Source: Vicugna vicugna
Taxonomy: Eukaryota
Assembly: GCA_013265495.1 (NCBI GenBank)
Contig: MU062317.1
Coordinates: 1,178,001 to 1,242,000 of the forward strand
Length of the DNA stretch: 64,000 bases
Direction of reading: 5' to 3'
Shown: piece by piece, positions 59,901 through 64,000 of the stretch
Numbering within the stretch: position 1 is the stretch's first letter
Layout: each line of letters opens with the position of its first letter
Made by a program: the position numbers and the translations under genes
The notes under the pieces: model-generated
The model's database searches: none
What the model saw: only the letters and a program-made list of their open reading frames with translations
Told to the model about the DNA's origin: nothing

Positions 59901-61631
59901 TACCTTTTGTGAGAACTCCCTGCGTCTGGGTTGGCCCCAGGTGGGGCTGGGCGACGAGGATGCCAGCCGGACCCCCACCAGCCCCTGCCCTGCAGGACCT
60001 ACCCAGCTCTTCCTTCTGGAGGAATCCAGCCGCCCACACTGAACGGACAGACGACAGACAGGAGCCAGCTGGTCAGGAAAGTGCCGTCCTGCCTCCCAGC
60101 GAGGGACAGACAGCCCCCCACCAGTCCAGGATGGACCCTGGGTGGGCCTGGCCAGGGCGGCCTGCCTGGAGCCTGCTGGATGCCCCCCACCAGCCTCCCC
60201 AAGACCGTTCCCTTCCAACAAGCCCACAAACGTGAATAATGGAAAATGCCCGGGTTTCCTGGGAGAACAAAGTCTTCCCCACGCCCTGAAGCTTCTCTGA
60301 GGTCCCGACTGTCCCCGTCTCTCTAGTGTTGAGTCTGCAGGACATTTGCCGGCCGGTGGCTTGCACTCACTGGTCACTCTGAGACCACCTGGCAGAGCCG
60401 AAACCATGACGTCACAGGGGCAGAAACCCAAGGACTCGAGTCTCTTGCCCACCCCTCACCTACACCCACACCCCTCACTCAGCCAGCCCTGGGGGACCCC
60501 TGACCTGTCCAGATGTCCCCCTCCTTCCCCCTTTCCCCATCCGCATCTCTGAACTTCACCCTCCCTCTGCGTCCTGGAGCTCAAACATCCTGAAGGCAGG
60601 AGATTACAACAGAGACTGTAGGAGTAAAACTCTAGGCTGCTCCTGAGCTCAATGCTGCCTCCTCCAGGAAGCCTCCTTGGTTTAACACCCCCCGCTCCTG
60701 GTGGCTCCCTCCGGCTCTGAGCTCCCCAGGGGTGGGGGCTGTGCATTCTCCATGTGTTCCTCCTGCGGGCCCCACCACAGTCACCACCAACCCCCCACCC
60801 CGGGCCCCTGCACCGAAGGCTCACCTGGGTGGCTCAGTCATTTTCCATGTGAAAGTATCTGATGCGTTTTTTTAAACAAAATCACTCAGGATGAAAGGTA
60901 CTTTTGCTTTTGCTGCACATGACGCTTCGTGCTGACTCTTCACACGTGTTGCTAAGCTTTACATCACCCCAGGGGAGCGACTGTCACCCCAAGCAGCCCA
61001 GAGAAGTTGAGGCGCCAAGGGATGCACCCAGCGCAGCCCAGCTCCTGGCTGCGGGCCTGGCTGCCCACGCGTCATCACTGGCTTGTATCCCCCCAGCCAC
61101 CCCCACACCCTTGTGCCCGAGCCCCCACTCTGTCCCAGGCCTGGACAGAGGCTGGGGGACTGGAAAGCCGAGGAGGAGCATGGATGGGGTCAGACCTCCC
61201 CCAGGAGACAGCTCAGCAGCCCACTGGGCCGGTGCAGGGACTCAGAGAGGAAGGTCCGGTCCAGTCTCTGGGCTTCCCAGGGGGCTTCCTGGAGGAGGTA
61301 GAATTGGAAGACAGGGCTGGGCTTGCCCCTCCATGGACAGTCTTTCTGGGGGAAGGAGCCCTGAGCACTGCCTGGGGGCACCTCTAGAAAAGGGAGAAAC
61401 GCCAACCCCAGGCTCTGCCCCAGACAGAGGGACCAGCCGGCAGACAGCCGGCCAGCCAGCAGCGACAGGGTCGCACCAAGGTGTGGCTGGGCCCGGGGTG
61501 GGGGGTGTCAGACCCAGTCCTGGGGGTTGGGGGAGGTCCCTTGAGCTGTCTGGAAACTGTGGGTTCCCTAATTTCATGTCACCTTGTAAATAAAGCTACA
61601 ATTTGGGGCACCGCGTTTTTCAGAACCAGAA

Positions 61632-61651
61632 GTCTCCCCCAGGGGGCGCCC
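61632..61651 (+). promoter_or_regulatory. CTCF-like motif
   Basis: CTCCCCCAGGGGGCGCCC closely matches the CTCF core CCASYAGRKGGCRC (one core mismatch). Confidence 0.4.
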
Positions 61652-62319
61652 GGAGGGCTCTCACAGCAAAGTCGAGTCTGTGCCAAGGCGGCGTTTCAGC
61701 GCCCGGGGTGGGGGTCGGCCGATGCCTTGCACTGGGTGCCAGGGGCCTGGGAAAAGCCCAGGAATTGCCCCAAAGCAAACACAAGGACATTCAGGCTTGA
61801 CCCCGACCCCACCCTCCCTTGGCCCCACCAGGCGTCCCGCCTGCCCAGCGGGTCAGGAGAGGGGTTCATACTGGTGCCCCGCCTGGGAGAGACACACTTC
61901 AGTTCGGGAAGTGGGAAGTGGTGGCCAACAGCCCTGGCTTCCCAGAGACCCCTCCCCGGGGAAGCAGGGCCAGCTGTGCCCGCCCCTCTGAGGGAAGCCA
62001 GGGGCAGGCCGGCCCCCAGGGTCCCCGCGCAGTGGAGGTTTCACTTCCCGTATACCTGCCCCCCCCGGGTGGGACTCACTGGGCAATGCTCTACCATGGC
62101 CTCACCTCTGCCTGGTTGCCCAGTCCTCGTCCCCAGATGGCCCCTGCGACCTGCAGAGAGGAAGAGAGGACCCCCACCCCTCACCCTCGGCCAGCACTCG
62201 GCCCTGCGCAGTCTCGCAGAGGAGCCCTGGGCAATGACCTGACCCCAGGGCTTCCTCCAGAAAACATGTCCGGGACGGGAGTCTTCTAAGAGAGGAAGGC
62301 CTGCAAAGTCTTCAAGATG

Positions 62320-62465
62320 CAGCAGAACTAACTCAGGCTTGGTGGATCAGGGAAGGCTTCCTGGAGGAAGAAGTTTTTAAGTGAAGGCAGAATAGCTGGC
62401 TGGGAACGCAGGGGTGACGGGAGGCAGAAGGAAAACAGCCAGCATCAGAAGACCTGAAAACCTGG
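62320..62465 (-). mobile_element. L2 fragment
   Basis: 'ggatcagggaaggcttcctggaggaagaagtttttaagtgaagg' is the common antisense L2 motif. Confidence 0.6.
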
Positions 62466-63249
62466 GGAGGGCGGAGGCCAGAGCCAGGGGGTGGGGGTGG
62501 GGAGGAGGGGGTCCCAGCCAGGCCTTGCTGCCTCCCAGCAGGTGAAGCCGGAGCCTCAGTTCCTTTTACAAAGCGTCACAGCAGTGCCAGCCCAGGGTGG
62601 GGCCCACACACCACAGACACGCCAGGAGTGTTTGTTGAAATCCGGGCAGAAAGCGGTAGAGGCCAAGACCCGGGGACCTCGCACACGCAGAGGAGGGGCT
62701 GTGGGCCCCTGGCTCCTGAGGGCACAGGCTGACTCTCAGGACGGTGCGGGAGGTGCGGACAGAGCCCCCAGCTGCCCGGTGAAGCCCAGTCTTGGAAACC
62801 ACCCTCGGCAGCGGGGAGAGGCCCTCAAGTCCCCCGACAGCTGCTAGCGGGCCACAGCCCCGGCCTGACCGGCCCCACTCTCGCCGACCTGCCCAGGAGA
62901 AACGAGATGCGTGCACTCCTGTCGGGTGAGCGGCCTCCTCCCCATGCACACCTAAGCCCTCGGGAGCCCCAAGGACTCAGGACCTGGGGGCAGGCGGGTT
63001 TGGGGCCAGATGGAGGCCTCTCACTCCAGGGGACGCGGGGATCCAGCCCGCACTCTCACCCCAGTGCTGGCTACTGAGCACCTGCAACGGGCCAGCCTGG
63101 TCCTGGACGCTGGGACCAGCAGACAAAAAACAAGACATCTCTGGAAGATGAGGCCTTGGGGTCTGGCAGTCCTTCTGACTCCCCCCTCCTCCCCTCCCCA
63201 CTGCTGCCAACTGGGGTCTCGAGGCCTCACCTGGACCAACTAGGCCTCT

Positions 63250-63440
63250 GCTGCTCTGGGCCTTCTCCCAGTTTGGCGCTGTCACCCCACTCTACAGCCA
63301 TCAGTGGCTCCCCTGGGTTCAGGCCGAGAGCCAGCTCCTGCTGCATCCAGGTGCTTTTCTCCCTGGCTTGGCGACCCCAGGCCCTTCCAGACACAGCCCC
63401 CTACCCCCATGTGCCCCGAGCCTGTTTCTCAGCTCAGGAC
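63250..63440 (+). mobile_element. L2 fragment
   Basis: 'cagtggctcccctgggttcaggccgagagccagctcc...tccctggcttggcgaccccaggcccttcc...tcaggacctttgcacgtgct' resembles L2. Confidence 0.5.
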
Positions 63441-64000
63441 CTTTGCACGTGCTCAGCCCAGCTGGGGACACCCACCTGTCTCAGCCACTGGGGAGAAACT
63501 GGCTCCTCCAGGCAAGAAGCCCCCACCCCAGCCCCCAGCTCTAAGGCCCACCTTCTCTGCCCCCACAATGCCTCCTGGATCAGAAGGGGAGGTCTGGTCA
63601 ACCTGGACAACGGGGCCAGTGGCAGCGGCACCAGCCCCCCACATCCACGAAGAGACCATAAAACAGACACTCCACCCGCGGGCACAGCCACCTCACTTCG
63701 TGCCCCCTGGGCTGGGCTCCACTGGGCAACACCCCTCCCTGGGGGCTGGGGCGAGAGCCGGGCAGTCAGTGTCCGGCAGGGCCGGGGTCCGGCCTCTGTC
63801 GATGAGCTATGTGCAAACTCGCCAAGCTCTGTCAAAATATTTTTAGCATTTGTTCTGCTTAAAAAACCCTGCGGTATCAGAGTGCACTAATCTTTAAAAA
63901 GGTTAATTTATTCATAGAGATTTTGACAGAGATGTATGGCCCAGCGCAACCGCGGCCCCTTCCCGGGGGAAGCAGGCGCACGGAGGAGAGGCTCGCCGCA

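Noticed and set aside
60822-60839. 18-nt match to the 5' end of carnivore Can-SINE (CACCTGGGTGGCTCAGTC)
   Set aside because: Similarity stops immediately, with no B-box, (CT)n or poly(A). Retroposed copies truncate from the 5' end, not the 3'. Not used for species assignment.
1-64000. Assignment to a specific host gene (PRDM16-, CASZ1-, ZFPM1- or HDAC4-like intron) or to known miRNAs (miR-1/133, let-7, miR-200)
   Set aside because: The landscape fits this class of locus, but I found none of the exon or mature-miRNA sequences I remember. BLAT of the AT-rich islands to human would be decisive.

Overview
GC-rich (roughly 60-65% by eye), CpG-rich eutherian mammalian genomic DNA that looks subtelomeric, with two assembly gaps (2923-3134, 52401-52540). 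I recognise no protein-coding exon, RNA gene or CRISPR array. The many long ORFs are what stop-poor GC-rich or repetitive DNA produces. The window reads as a large intron or gene desert. It contains: (i) ancient eutherian repeats: about 9-10 MLT1/MaLR solo LTRs, HAL1, two L1M 3' ends, MIR and L2 fragments, a MER53 palindromic DNA transposon, and a decayed ERVL pol covering RT, connection and RNase H at ~39.4-41.2 kb; (ii) a 48-monomer 29-bp minisatellite organised as a perfectly alternating 58-bp dimer (10768-12159) that is stop-free in all three + frames; (iii) three CpG-island-like segments, one with a TATA box and a candidate first exon (~20.45 kb); (iv) many short AT-rich islands packed with homeodomain, FOX, TCF/LEF, MEIS, GATA and MEF2 motifs, suggesting the enhancer landscape of a developmental regulator. 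Host gene and species cannot be assigned from the sequence. Repeat family calls rest on remembered consensus sequences, not a search. I did not find a clearly novel biological system; the findings below are hypotheses.
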